A stretch of 64,000 nt of DNA from Eledone cirrhosa (GCA_964016885.1 OZ024747.1:70928001-70992000); one strand, 5' to 3'; shown: positions 25,145-41,058, counted from the stretch's first letter. Notes: a model not told the origin generated them from the letters alone. Translations and numbers: made by a program.

Positions 25145-25495
25145 TGATGTTGATGTTGGTGGTGGTGGTGAGTGTGGTGGTGGTAGTGGTGGTGGTGGTG
25201 GTGGTGGTGGTGGTGGTTGTGTTGATGTTGGTGGTGGTTATGTTGGTGGTGATGGTGGTGGTGATGGTGGTGGTGATGGTGGTGGTGGTCGTCGTGTGTG
25301 GTGGTAGTGGTTGTATTGGTGGTGGTAATGCTGGTGGTGGGTGTGTTGTTGGTGATGGTGGTGGTGATGGTGGTTGTGTTGGTGGTGAAAGTAATGATGA
25401 TGATGAAGAGAAGAAGAAGAAAGAAAGAGAGGATGGAAGAAGTGAGAATGGTAATAATGATGACTATTGTTGATGATGATATTGATGATGATTGT
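25145..25495. repeat. Compound (GGT)n/(GAT)n low-complexity tract
   Basis: Direct reading of the sequence. Confidence 0.85.
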
Positions 25496-26312
25496 AGTAT
25501 TGAGTAAAGTAATGGTAGATCTGGGGAAGCTATTGATTGCAAAGGGTAAAAAAAAACAAAAAAAAACATTTGAGTGCATTTGTTATGTTCTCTCTGGGTA
25601 GAGAGGGAGAAAGAGAAAGTACGAGGAGAGTAATGATAAATTATAGGAGAAGCTACAATCGAGAGTGAGAGGAGAGCAGAGGGGTGTATAGAGCAGTAGT
25701 GAGAGTGAAAGAAAGAGAGATGGGGATAGAAAATTAGATAGAACAATGTAATGCAATAGAAAGAGCACACGGGAGGGGGGTGAGAATAGAGTGAGTAAGA
25801 GAGGGGAGGACGGTGAAATAGATAGAGAAGAGGGGTGAGGGTAAGAGAAGAGGGGTGGGAGAGAGAGAGAGGAGGTAGTGAGAGAGATAGTGTGTGTGTG
25901 TGTGAGTGAGATGGGGGAGAAGTGGGAGAAGAGGCCACCAATATAAAACTTCTAAATGTCACAGATTTTCGATTTATGATACTCCAATTTTGTATGCGCC
26001 TTTAAGAACTAACTAAACGGAAATTCTCAGCTTTAGACGAAACGTCCTTCCGTATTGCAATACAATGACGTTGTGGGACCTCTTGTATACACGTGTGGAC
26101 GTCCAAGTGTGCAACGATAGGTAGCTACATATATATGGCGATATGCATTCATACTCATTTACACATATCTACGCACAAACATGCAAACTTTCGTACATAT
26201 CCATACCGTAGAAAATTTGTAAATACACATATATCCAAGAATATAAAAGCAACCATGAGTATAAATATAAATAAGACAGATATATTTGCGTACATGCATC
26301 CTTATATATATA

Positions 26313-26707
26313 CGAGGGCAAGCCCAAAAGTAAGGTCTCCTTCCGATATTGCAACTTCCGATATTGCAACTTTTCCGTTAAAATCCTGTGGATGGTGCTT
26401 CTGGAAACCTTAGAGAGCATCCAGAGTGATCCGCTGATCTTTACGCATGTTTTCCTCGGGAGGAGACCTTACTTTTGGGATTGCCCTCGTAAATAATAAC
26501 TGCGCGAAATTCGCACTTGGCGGCAGCGTTCAATGGGAGCTCCATTCTCAACGGTTGCGAAGCCAAGATTGAGCATCCCAGCGAAGCGCGCGCATGCTTG
26601 TTTGGGAGTGAAGGAAGCACCAATCACAACAGTATTGCAAACAGCCGTACGAACAGTTTCTCTGCGTCCCCATCGCTTTGGAGACCTTACTTTTTGGATT
26701 ACCCTCG
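26313..26707 (-). mobile_element. Internally deleted Tc1/mariner derivative with three TIR copies
   Basis: TA|CGAGGG...AAAAGTAAGGTCTCC TIR at 26313 and inverted at 26489 and 26707; transposase fragments MELPLNAAAKCEFRAVI (ATG at 26545) and VSRSTIHRILTEKLQYRK. Confidence 0.85.
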
Positions 26708-26715
26708 TATATGAA

Positions 26716-26915
26716 AAGAATCAGGACCTTGACGGCTGAGGTCCAGCCGTTTCGTCAGCTGGATCTGAACTGTTCGGATCTCGCTGTCAAAACAGTCGAA
26801 GCTCAGTCGTCGGGGTCGGTCCTGAATCTCTTCATAATACCCACTCTACTACCCCAAGTATCGAGTCCTCTGGTGCGTTATGGTCCACCTGGTATCTTAC
26901 CACACCCTCTTTGTT
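26716..26915 (+). mobile_element. Diverged family D fold-back element
   Basis: Imperfect hairpin centred near 26772, then TACCCACTCTACTACCC..TGGTGCGTTATGGTCCACCTG tail shared with the 2702 and 49140 copies. Confidence 0.7.
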
Positions 26916-27120
26916 ATATATGTGTGTGTGTGTGTGTGTTTCTGAGGAAGACGGCCGATTGAACAGGGATTTTGAGTCTAGAATAGGTAGTAACTTAAGC
27001 ATTACCATGCTAGTGGGTACATCGATCTCCATCGATCAATCGACCCATTGAAACGACGGTAAACAATGAACTAACTATCTACCTCCACCTGACTTCTGTA
27101 TTTTTATTGTTCTATGCACA

Positions 27121-27161
<41 letters not shown>

Positions 27162-27189
27162 ATACATATAATTATTTATATACATACAT

Positions 27190-27256
<67 letters not shown>

Positions 27257-27869
27257 AATATTATCTGGTGCTTTCACTTAAAATTATTATAGGCAAGAAT
27301 ACTTAGTAGACATAGTTATTGTTTTCAGTAGATATGTCTTATTATAATAGATCCTATATAAATATAGTAGTAGAAATCTACCAACCATTTACATGCATAT
27401 ATATTATTCTGTTTGAAAATGATCATTGAATTATTCCAGCAGTTATAAGATTTTGAGAGATTTTGATTCTATGCTTAATCCCTTGCGTGGTTTTCTCTGT
27501 CCTGTGGAGAGCTTCTCATATTATTGGTCAAACATATGCGCTTTAGCAATAACTGATGTTACCGATGTTGCATCACCACTAAATACGAAATATATATATT
27601 TCAACGAGAATGTCCTTTAATCTGATTATAAAGATTAGATTAGATCCGCTCCACCCACTAAGACCTAAACAAAACTACTTTGTAAGTTCGTACAATTCAC
27701 GTGTACACGCACGAACAGCCATACACACACACAGAAACATACGCACACACGCACACACACATATAATAATATATATGTGTGTGTATGTTTATATATGTCC
27801 ATATGTCTATATATATTTATATTTATACATATATTTGTTTATATAGATATATATACATTTGTGTGTATA

Positions 27870-27920
<51 letters not shown>

Positions 27921-29657
27921 TATATAATTTATATAATTTCATATATATATTATTTATCTGCTTACATATATACATACACTACGGAGGTTTGAAGAAGTTT
28001 CAAACCTGTTTATGATCTATTATAAAAATCAAATCACTTATCTCTCAATAGTCGAATACCCTATAAACTGTTGGTTCTATTCAGCAGGAGCATCAGATTA
28101 ACCATATTACCGGTGTTTCGTTATCTTATGTTAATGGTTTCATGTTTTCCTGCGACTATAACTTGTCAGGTTCTAGTTTTCCCTAGATTTACCAAGTGTA
28201 CCGAGAAGGAGAGAGAGTTTAATCTGTCGCTCTAACGACAATCTTTCGCCTATACCATGGAAAAATTGTCGAATTTCCGATACTAACATTTTTTTCTTCC
28301 GAGAACGTGTAGAAGTGTTCTTAAATAAGTTATTAATATTTATATAATAATGTCTAACTTTCTTGTTTGATTATTTTTTACTTATTGTTTTTTTAGTATT
28401 CCGTTAAATATTGAATTGTAGCCATCTTTTGGGATGTAAATTGATTTACATAAAAAAAGTTTTATCTTTATGTATAAATAATGTGCCTTTGTAAATGTAC
28501 ATAGCCAAATCGAAACATATTTTTCCTTACTACCATTGCCAAAATTGCAATTCCTGATTATCAAAAAATATTGATATTACAGTTAATGTTCTCTGAAACA
28601 CAGAAATACTACTTTTTCTCGCACCATTCAACTAATTTCTTGGCTTGGAAAGAGGATAAAAAATGACATAAAATATGTCGTTTTCTTCTGAAGCAGAATA
28701 TTAATCTTGATGCAAACTAAATATATTTTTGCTCGACTACTTTTTGAACTGGAACGCATGAAACCTGAGATATATGTCGCCGCAAGTAAATACTAAGCTA
28801 CAATTACTGCATGGTCATACCAATAACTATAAATTAATGGTGCTTGGAATTTCTACGGAATCCTACTTCAAGAAAATCGGTCATTCGGAAGGGAAATTTA
28901 AGGTAACTTCTCCGATGTTCCATAGTCTTTTAAAGGTAGCGTCAGCGCTTTCATAAATTATAATGATTAAGCATTCAGCTTACCTAAGGGATTGCAATGT
29001 CCTTCATAATTTCTTCGTCTTTAACAGAGACCCTAACCATTCATTAGCATTTCTTCGAAGAAACATAGATACCGTCTGAAAATAACTTGAACATTATTTT
29101 TCACAACATTGAACGCAGGAAGAACAAAACACAGATCTAATAATCTCTCTGACAATGCTGCAGTATCAATCATTGGCAATGAGATCATGGAACAATTTTC
29201 GTGTAAATATAAAATGAAGTATATTGTCAATATACCGCCTTAAAGCAGGCATCGTTAACATGAAATTATAGAAAAACTTTTAGAGAAACCAAATTTTCTG
29301 TAATGTCGTCCAAAGATTCTTTTAGGTCATTTTTCAAAATTTAGTATTTTAGATGTCACTTTCCTTTTCTATAACATGATATTATACTGTTCAGTGTCTA
29401 ACATTGTAGAAGATTTGCTGTACCTACCAACACACACAGATGCACACATTCAAAAACATATATATATATACACAAACCACACACATATGTGTAAATATCT
29501 GCGCACACAAGCTTATATATATATATATATAAATATATATATATATACACACAGACACATACACACACACACACATTTATATATATATATATATACATAC
29601 TTATATATATATATATACATACTTATATATATATATATATATATATATACATACATA

Positions 29658-29762
<105 letters not shown>

Positions 29763-30143
29763 CATAACACACACGCGCGCACACACAGATACAAACGTGC
29801 ACACCCTCTCATATATAATATGTGCATGAGTGTAATGGTAATAATAGTGACTGCTATAATAGATTGCACATTTAAACTACTTCTACTAAACACTAAGTCA
29901 CTTGCCGGAGACAAAGATCGATGACTACATATAGAACTATGGCTATTCTATTATATTAATAATAATATAAAATTATCCATATTTCAAAATAAAATATATA
30001 CTGTACAATCTTCATTAATCATATGAATTAATTGCACTCACTACAACTGAAATAAAATCAACTTGCTATTAAAAGTTTTGGTGAATTTTATATAACCTGA
30101 TGTCAGATTTCAGTAAGGAAAGATCTAGTTTCGATCCACGTAC

Positions 30144-30190
<47 letters not shown>

Positions 30191-30192
30191 TG

Positions 30193-30349
<157 letters not shown>

Positions 30350-30666
30350 ACGTGGATATATATATATACACATACATACATACATACATAAACTTAAGAA
30401 GAGTAATAACGAAGAGAAAAGGCAACGAACAAAAACAAGACAAAACGAAAAAAAAGATCTTTTGAAGAAAGCACTTTAAAAAATGTTTTTGAAATTAAAA
30501 ACACAAACGAAAGACACAGAACACCAATGTCTTCAGCCATCGAGTTGAACTTCTGGCTGTTTTGACCCCTACCGACGGTACTGCTGGTTCACCCACGGTC
30601 ACAGCGTCTAACACAAGCCAAAGCGTTGTTCGTGGATTAAGATACAAGACAAAACAATTACACACC

Positions 30667-30719
<53 letters not shown>

Positions 30720-32349
30720 AAATGAAAGGTATAGAAATTGTTTTAGCGAGAAGCTAACAGTATTCCATAACATATATATATATATAATATATAATACGAT
30801 ATTAAACAAATGGAAACTATATTTATAAAACCATATTTATTTCATTATACATATTTCAGGGATACCATATTAAAAATATGGCATGCCTTCTTCAGATAAA
30901 ATACAATATATAAGCACTTTTATAAATAAATTTGACGTACCATAGAATTTTGAACAACTTCCATTTAAAAAAGTTGGTTTGGTAGTGAGATGTTTGTAAA
31001 TATTTAGTGTTAAGTACAGTTAGAAAAGAAAGACGGAGAGAAGGAGTAAATGTATGTAAAGAAAAACAGAGAGAGATAGAGAGAGAGATATGGGAGAGAG
31101 AAAAATAGTGAGGAGGTGAAAAATGAGAGGCAGCTGAGGTAACAGATGAATAATAATAATTCAACATGCAAAATGAGAGATTTAGGGGGGAGGGAGTATT
31201 GTAATTATTTATTTATTTATTTATTTAGTTATAGTGTTAAGGAGACGGAGAAAAATAAAAATAAAAAATAACTAAAGAGAAAACAGTGATACATAGATTA
31301 CATCATGTATAGAGGGAGGAGAAGAAAGCTATATCTAGATAGAAAGATGACAGATTTACAACTTTACGTTATGTTCTATCAATTTGAATTATCAATTTAT
31401 ATGAATTGGGTATTATACTGTAGATATCAATATTCATGAATGAGACATAGATATATAATGTGTGAAAAATAATGACCATATGTTTAGTTTAAAAATTCTT
31501 AGGTCGATATATTAAAAACCTGAGATAAAACTTCAAAATACATAAGTATATATGTACTTTCCGGAAAAAGAAAGAAAGAGAAAAAGAGAAGGTCATCTCA
31601 AGTTCTAGTTGACACTATCGATATACACGTGAGCATACGTGATCAGCTCTGTAATTTCTCATTTCACATGAAAAAATTTTCCCTTGCGTTATAAAAGATT
31701 TTACTATATATATATATATATATATACATACATACACATACATAAAAATACAATATATATTAATATTAATATTCCTGCCCTACCATACATGATTATCGTT
31801 CATGTATAGAATAGACAACAGATATCAATATATCAAAACGCTAAGAATACTTTCATCACTCCCTAGAGTGTCTAGGGCTTTAAAAAACACAGTATGCCCC
31901 CATATCAACCACAGAAATCAACCCTTCCGATTTATCTGACAATACATTGCCAAGTTCATTAGAAGCAATCAGAATCAAAAGCAAACAAAAAACCAAAATT
32001 ATTCAACAAGACTTATTTAGCAGAAATCATTTAAAAGATTTAGGAGACCCTGTTGTTCTACAGATGCTCTTATATTTAGTATAGAAGTTTATCTAGCGTA
32101 AAATTTATTCAATAGATTGGGAGCATCAACATTTAAGGGTAGTTTAATTACATCATTAGTATATATTTATGAAGAAGGTTTAAAAAGAAAAAGTTGAAGG
32201 AATCGAAAGATTTATCGTCATGTTTCATAAATTAATTAAATAAATATCTTAACTAAATATACTACATTTTAAATTTATATTTAAACGTTGAGTTCAATCT
32301 ATGTCTGCAGCAACTGAATAAAACTTTTGCATATATAATATATAATATA

Positions 32350-32385
<36 letters not shown>

Positions 32386-33565
32386 TTCTATTTTCCCTTA
32401 CTCTGGTAACCTATTTTGAAAATGTATACAGGACGCACACATTTCTAGTTATCTTTTGCCTTAAATATATAGGTTATCTGCGTCTAGGCAAACTTGTCAA
32501 AATATTTTTTGATATATATATTATCTGATAGAATTTTATTTACAGAATTTTTACCTTAAAATTGTGCGCCAAATATTTCGATTTTCATAAATACCATACA
32601 AGTGACATGACTACGTTATGAATGAAATTTCCACGTGACCAATTGTATGCTAGAAATAGAACCCAATTATTTTGTCCCTTAAACAACACTGTAATATTAA
32701 GTAAGGACACTCTGTATAATTTACTCCTCCCTTCTCACGAAGAGATAGTTCGAAAAGAGTTTGTCAAATGTATGCTCCATTAAAATTAACGTGGAGCTAA
32801 ATAACAGCGACCGTATAAAGTTTCGTTGTTCTGACAAGTCAAGAATCTAACGTTTTAATCCTTTGTTATTAATCTAAAACCGAGGAAGAGAGCGCGAGTA
32901 ATAGTGTTTTGTTGTCAGTTTCGTTGCAGGCTAGTATAATGATTACACTCAAAGTCAATTCACTTTCTCACTCACAGATTTTCGACAGAATCCTTGAACA
33001 TCAGATTCTATACTCACCACGGTGACACAACCCGACGGATTTCTCTTAGACTGTCTGTTGCTGACCTCACCAGTTTCTATCTATTTTGGACGTTACTCTT
33101 TCCTCACCTTACGCCACTGTTTTGACTTATCTTAAAGGTTCACACTAAGAAATTATAATGTTTCAACTTAATATGAGACTGTTTATGAAATTTTAAGAGA
33201 AACAACGTTGACAGAAACTGTAACAAATAAATTAGAAGAGAAAAAAAAAGCGATTAAAAATTTCGCATGGCGAATGGTATGGCAAGTGGTTGAGATGACA
33301 GGGTAACAATTGCAAAATATTCGACGTATAGACATCAGAGATATACAGAGCAGGTAAATTTAGGTCGAGTCAACAAAGGAGACTTTATGTGGTTTCTTGA
33401 CCTGCTATAGTAGCATACAAAAAAGGACACATCGTATAGATTTTAGTGAACCCTTATCACGATTGTAGATACTTAATATGATTGATAAGAGCTGATATGA
33501 GGCTAAACAGCAAATTTAAGGAAGATTACCAAGAATGCTAATTCAAATTGGGGCGCAAACATGCA

Positions 33566-33598
<33 letters not shown>

Positions 33599-33736
33599 CT
33601 ATATATGTATATATACGTATATATTTTAATGACATGGTTATACAATGGCTATATCATTGACAGTCTCCATGTGACATCCTCAGATGCTCATACAATTTTT
33701 TTTTCTTTCCTGTATATGCCCAAAGTGTGTATTATA

Positions 33737-33781
<45 letters not shown>

Positions 33782-34641
33782 ATTCAAAGCATGCTAACAT
33801 GCATAGATTGGGGGATGATTTGATATATTTCCTTTAGATACAAGTTCGTTAAGTAACTAGAGGACGTGGTTTATTTTAAACGAATGTCCGTTGCAAAATC
33901 CCCTAAACATTGTTACATGTGTCTTAGAGAGCCAAATAGATAGAACCCATTTTCCATAAGCGATAAATATATATATACATATATATATGTGTGTGTGTGT
34001 GTCTATGCGTGTACGCACATGTATGTATTATGCATATATGCATGCATGTATGTATGGATATATGCCCAACGAAGTGTGCATATATCAACTCATTTATGTG
34101 TATCAAACGGAATAATGTGTACACAATGGCTGGAAGATGTATCGCGCTGATACTAAATGTTAATGTAAATGAATAGAGGATTACATACAAATAAAGGCGG
34201 GAGAAGAGATTCAATGTAAGGGACTGGGTGTAGTTGGTAAGTTGTATGGGGGACGGAATTCCTGAGCGTTCATTTTTGTATTCCGATGTGTGGGAAACGG
34301 AAATATTCACAGCAGGTAGCAGAGTGAGTAGTGTAACTACTTCTCTTGGTTATACAACGTAGTGATGGCAATAGATCGGTACACTTGTTGCCTTTAGATC
34401 AGCAAACATTTGATGTTGTATGTGTTTCAATATATGTGCCTGCGCGTATTTTCTTGTATATGCGAATGAACCTAAGCATGTGTTTGTGCGCCTGGTTCGG
34501 AGTGATGGCTGGATGTATGTAGCGAGAGACAAGAATAGGGATAAAGACCGCATCTAGGATCTGAGAATACGGAAGAGACTGATGTTTGTAATGCGTCTAC
34601 GGTTCAGATCATAAGCAAAAGCAAGCACACATACATACATA

Positions 34642-34761
<120 letters not shown>

Positions 34762-34831
34762 CATATATATACATATATCTATATCTATATATATTTATAT
34801 ATACATACATATACATATATATATATATACA

Positions 34832-34866
<35 letters not shown>

Positions 34867-34937
34867 TTATATATATATACATATATATATATATGTATGT
34901 ATGTATACAGAAAGAGAGAGAGAGAGAATGAGAGAGT

Positions 34938-34973
<36 letters not shown>

Positions 34974-35584
34974 AACACGCGCGCAGCGCGCACACATGCA
35001 CACACTCACATCGATAGATAGGCATGTATGTATGTGTGTGTGAGGAGGGGTGTTTGCATATACTTTTGTCTCTGTGTGTAACGACAGGGAGAGGGGGGGT
35101 GAGAGTACAAGACAAGGGACGAGAGAGGCAAGATAGACAGAGGTAGAATGAGATATTTACTGAAAGTAAATTAAGTAAGCATATATACAACTGCTCGGTT
35201 ATACAACACCGTAATGATAAGAATTGTTATATTTGTTATGTTAAGATCAGTAAACAGGTGAATACACTGACATGCATGTATAGAGAGGAGACAGGCGTAC
35301 AGACAGAGAGGCATGTTGTTAAAGGAGTAGAATTACAATTAATATTTACTTTGTTTACAATGTTCATTAGGAAATTGTAATCAGCGCATATTTCAGCAAT
35401 ACCCTCACCCACACACGCAAACACAAACACAAATACACCCATATACACTCATAAGTACACACGCATACGCACACATACAGACACATACCACACATGTATT
35501 AAGACGCTTAACCAAACACACACGTACACATTTAAACGAATATGCACAGACACAAATACGGATATGTCTATAGTAATGTATATA

Positions 35585-35616
<32 letters not shown>

Positions 35617-35656
35617 CATATATATATATGTATGTCTTAAGCCAGAAGGATCATTT

Positions 35657-35879
35657 GGCCGGTGCTTATTCCAGTTTCATGGCGTGAAGCGACTGAGAGT
35701 ACAAGACAGGATGCCAGTCAATCGCAGGGTTAAACCCCCGCCTATTGCTGGTATTCATTTTCAGCTGAGTATACTGGTGCAACGTGAAATGAAGTGTTTT
35801 GCCCAAGAACACAACACGCAACCCAGGAATCGAACCCTCATTATGATCGTAAGTCCAACACCCTTTACCACTAGGCCAC

Positions 35880-35880
<1 letters not shown>
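35657..35880 (-). mobile_element. tRNA-derived SINE, family 2
   Basis: A-box TGGCCTAGTGG, B-box GGTTCGATTCC, body TGTGTTCTTGGGCAAAACACTTCATTTCAC. Confidence 0.8.
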
Positions 35881-35955
<75 letters not shown>

Positions 35956-36976
35956 GCGTGTATTTGTATGTGTCTCTATGTGTGTGTGATGGGGATCTCC
36001 TGTGGTTCAAAAAGATATCTCCCAGTGAAGGATGTCTTGTACCTTCTATATTTCAATTGCTCTCTACACTCCTGATATTATGAGTGACCGGGAATTACAA
36101 TCAGAATTATTATGATCCAACAGCAAATGTATACCGGAACAAATGGTCAATTAAGATTGTGTAGATTAAATGTTTCACAGCGGAAAGATTAACACTACGC
36201 AGTTAGCTCTGAGTTACATGCGCTTATGTAGGCAGGCATATATACGCGCATCCACATGCACAAATCATTCAATATGCAAAATCCTTGAAATGACATCCAA
36301 ATATCACAAGTATACCAATTACACAGCCTCTGTAAATCCGCATAATTTGTACACACGGAAAACCGGTTTTCCTGGTTTCTCAGTGGTAGCTGGACTTTTC
36401 TCCTTATTTTCTACTCATTGCGTGAATTCGAATAGCCTCGTATCGCTTTGATGCAAAGCCCTTTACTTAAATATAGATGGGGTACGTATCAGCGAGACAT
36501 TGATTGCCAGGATGCATGCTCCTGTACACATTCTTGGCGACGACGCACTCTATGGATATTTTGCTTGGTATTTACAATACTTCCAGATTAGTGACCGTTT
36601 AAGCTCCTACAGTTAGTACACCAGTGCAATGTTTGTAAATCGCCCTTTCGATACCTATACAGTGACTTTTACGTCTCACCTTCTTCGCAAACATTTCGAC
36701 ATCATCGACTGAGAGGTACGAAGTGTCTGACTGAATTTCGGATTGGCTTTTCAGTTTTTTTTATTGATTAGGCTTAAATTGTTCGAGTTTTCTGTATTTT
36801 TCAAGTACATTGTTCACGAATCTAAAAGGGGTGAAAGTAAAAGAATCACTAATACATGACATTTCCACTTGCTCGTCTCTTACGTGCGTTGTTCACCGGT
36901 ACATGTACACATGCATATGCACACACACTGACATATATACAAAAACTTACAACATACATATATACATCTATATATC

Positions 36977-37045
<69 letters not shown>

Positions 37046-37047
37046 TT

Positions 37048-37199
37048 TTGCTTTTATCGAGAATCTCAAATTGTAATACGTGACGTATTCTATTCTATAG
37101 CGATTAGGTCTTCAAAATGTTTATTATAAACATACAGAATATTCTCGAATATTCTATGTTTTTCTTCACATATATATCGCTATTTCAGAGCATTAAATC

Positions 37200-37202
<3 letters not shown>
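37048..37202 (+). mobile_element. Solo 5'-truncated fragment of the 310-bp retrozyme
   Basis: Matches 8614-8766 with a few substitutions and ends at the same TCCAA+(TA)n. Confidence 0.9.
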
Positions 37203-37275
<73 letters not shown>

Positions 37276-37339
37276 TATATACATATATATAACTAATATC
37301 TACATCTATCTATCTATTTCTCCTCCTTTCCCTCTATTT

Positions 37340-37491
<152 letters not shown>

Positions 37492-37570
37492 TAGCATACA
37501 CACATATAGCGAAACGCAATAAAATACAATATAAAAATAAAAAATCTAAAAATGATTTACCACCAACTTC

Positions 37571-37602
<32 letters not shown>

Positions 37603-39254
37603 AACTCCTAGCACTGTGAATATTGATTTCTTTTGATTTCCTTCAAGTCGATCAGTTCTGTTAAAAAAATATCGTAAAACATATATACACACACATATAT
37701 ATATATATGTGTGTGTGCGTATGTGTGTGTGTATATATATATATGTGTGTGTGTGTGTGTATATGTGTGTGTATATATATTCCGGTGCCATTAAAACACT
37801 ATTAAAGATAATTGTTATGTTATCAAGACTGACACCAGGGCCCCTTTTCGGTAAATTTAAGGGTCATCATGCGTGATGTAATTACAATTGATATTGGCAA
37901 AGAGAAAAAAAAAAAATGTGAGTGAATGAAAAAAGAGAAAAAAAAAGAGGAGTAAAAGAATAGAGGAAAAAAGACAGGGAGTAAGAATAAATGGGAGAAT
38001 GGGTGCAAAATAAAGAGAGTGGGAAAGTGAGAGAGAGATAGTGAGAGAGAGGGAGAGAGGGAGAGGGAGAGGCAGAACAGAAATTAAGTGGAAAAGGGAA
38101 TGGAAGAATGAGCGAATGGGTGGAGAATGAGAAACTGATAAAATGAAGGAGAGGGTACGGGAGAGGGAATGGAAGGGGAGGGAGACTGGGAGAGGGAGAG
38201 GGAGAGGGAAGTGGAGGGGGAGAGAAAAATGGCGATGACAAGTTAGGGTTATCAACTATAAAAGGAACGGCAACAGAATAAAAAAACGACAAAGAACAAG
38301 GATCTGATATCGAAAGTGAAGATGGTGAAGTGTGTGTGTATATATGTGTGCGTGTATGTGTGTTTGGGTGTGTGTATGTGTGCGTGTGTATGGTTGTGTG
38401 TATGTGCGCGTGTGTGTGTTCATGCGTGTATGGTTGTGTTTATGTTTGTGTATATGTGCATGTATATGTGTATGGGTGTATGTATGTGCGTGTGTGTATA
38501 GTTGTGTTTATGTGTGTGTATGCTTGTTTTTATGTGCGTGTATGTGTGTATGGGTGTGTATGTGCGTGTGTATGGTTGCGTGTATGTGTGTGTGTGTGAG
38601 TATGGGTGTGTGTATGTACGTATGTGTATGGTGGGTTTTATGTGTGTGCGCGTATATGTATGTGTGTATGGGTATGTGTATGTGCATGGTTGTGTTTATG
38701 TGTGTGCGTTAGTGTGTATGTGTGTGTGTGTGCAGGATGCAGGCGTGCCTGTGTGTGGTAAAGGTATGTGAGAGAGTGAGAGGGGGGGGAGACTGAATGA
38801 TATGAGGATGGGGTGGTGGAAGGGGAGAGTGCAATGACAATGATGATAACAAAATAGACATGTTAAATAGAAATCAACTAAAGTAAAACAAAAAGCAGAG
38901 AAAAAAATCTAACATAAAAAGTTAAAAAAACATAAAAAACAGTAAGGTCAACAATAACAATAAAGCAGCAACAATAATAACAATAATAATACTGTTGATT
39001 ATTTTATTGGTCACAAGGGCAACGAGAGAAGGACTCACAAGAGACTGGATATAATCATAACAGGCGATATGATGGAACTTTAGAATAAGTGTCAATAGCA
39101 AGAACAACTCTCTCTCTCTTTCTCTCTCACATACACACTCTCTCTCTCTCTCTCTCACAGACATACACACACACTCTCTCTCTATGTGTATTGGATCTCC
39201 GTCTGTTCTGACGACGAATGACAACAACAATAACAACAATAATAACAATAATAA

Positions 39255-39725
39255 CAATTGTTTCTACTTTTGGCACAAGGCCAGCAATTAGCCCAGTACA
39301 TTACTGGTACTTTATTTTATCGACTCCGTAAGGATGAAAGGCAAAGTTAACCTCAGTAGGATTTGAACTGAGACCGTAAAGGGATGTAACTCTATGCTGC
39401 AAAGCATGGCGTCCGACCCTCTACCGATACTGCCAATCCAAATCCAATAATAATGATAATTATTTCTAGTTTTGGCACAAGGCCAGCAAATATCCCAGTG
39501 TATAACTGGTACTTTATTTCATCGACCCTCGTAGGGATGAAAGGCAAAGCTAACCTCGGCGGGATTTAAACTCGGAACGTAATTAATAATGTTTTCTGAT
39601 TTAGATACAAGGCCGTATGGATGAAAGGGTAAAAATAGTTTTTGATTTAGGTACAAGGCCAGCAATTTGAAGGGAAGGAGAAAGTTGAATAAATCTGGTA
39701 CTGGTACTTTATTTTATCGACCTCG
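39255..39725 (-). mobile_element. Cluster of 3-4 SINE family 1 copies or fragments
   Basis: Repeated GGCACAAGGCCAGCAA..CTGGTACTTTATTTTATCGAC..GGATGAAAGGCAAAG..GGATTTGAAC. Confidence 0.8.
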
Positions 39726-41012
39726 TGCAATAATATGTCAATAACGAAGCTTTTACATTGTCGCTTGACATGCTAAAAGTAGCAGTACTATTTGTTCCAG
39801 ATCCCACACGAAATGGCATATTGCGTAATGTAATAGTAGAATTATAAAAGAGAGACAGTCATATTTGGAACGTCTGCTCGATCATGAATGATTTGGGAGA
39901 TGAACAACAATGACTATAACAATAGCAATAACAATAATAATGATATTAATTAGTTTATTGGCCACAAGGTTAACGGATGCAAGCGATGTACTGGAAAATC
40001 GAAAAAAAAATGATACCTAAACGTACACAAAACCACAAAAAAATGTAGTAAATAAAGCCACAAGAAAAATATAATATAAATAAGTGGAAACATCAAGGAC
40101 AGCAGCAATAACAATTTACAACAACAATAATATTGATATAATAACAATAAAAAACAATAATAACAATAATAGCTCTGTGCTAGAACATCAAGAAAGCAAA
40201 CGAACAACACAACAAAAAGGACAATAAAATGATAGAGAACAAAAAAAAGGAATCCAAAAAGAAACGAAAAAAAAACAAAAAAAAAACAAAGAAGCGATTT
40301 CGAAAAATATAAAGAATATGTATATGAGGAAAAAAATGGGGAAAAAATGGAAAAAAATACCCCAGAAAATAAATAAACAGATAAATAAGCACGGGGCGGA
40401 AGAAGGGCGGAATGGAAGAAAGAAATCCGTAAAATATATATATAGCTAGAAAAGGAAAATAAAAGTGTTAAAACACACATAATACATATATATATATATA
40501 TAAATGTGAGTGTGTGTGTTTGTGTGTTTGTGTGTTGTATAAAGAGAGAAAAACAGAAACCGAAAGGCAGAGACAGGGAACAGACGGCTAGAAATGGTAG
40601 AAAAAAAAAATTGCGAAAAAATATCAGAAAAAATAACAAGAGAAATATCAATAAATATTTTAAAAAGAAAAGTACAAATCATACAAAAACCGAAAACGTA
40701 AAATGATTACGAAAAAGGAGAAAAAAGGGAAAAAAAGCGAAAAAAGTGAATGAATAAATGAATAAATGAATAAATCTATAAATAAATATAGCAGGCGTGA
40801 AAAAAAGGGGTTGGTGGCGGACATAACAGAAAATATAGAGTAAAGAATGTCAGTATAATGGTGGGAAGTGGTGTGGTTAGGAATTGGATGGCCACGGTCG
40901 GAAGGAGGTATCAAAAACAAAACAATTGGAAATCAATAAACAAACATGATACGAGGTACTTAACAGAATACATACATTCACACAAACACACACACACATA
41001 CATATAGAAATA

Positions 41013-41058
<46 letters not shown>

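Noticed and set aside
30520-30660. Possible host exon (TPTDGTAGSPTVTAS)
   Set aside because: No recognisable domain or convincing splice sites
35800-35880. tRNA gene
   Set aside because: A/B boxes are followed by a SINE body repeated elsewhere; no complete cloverleaf
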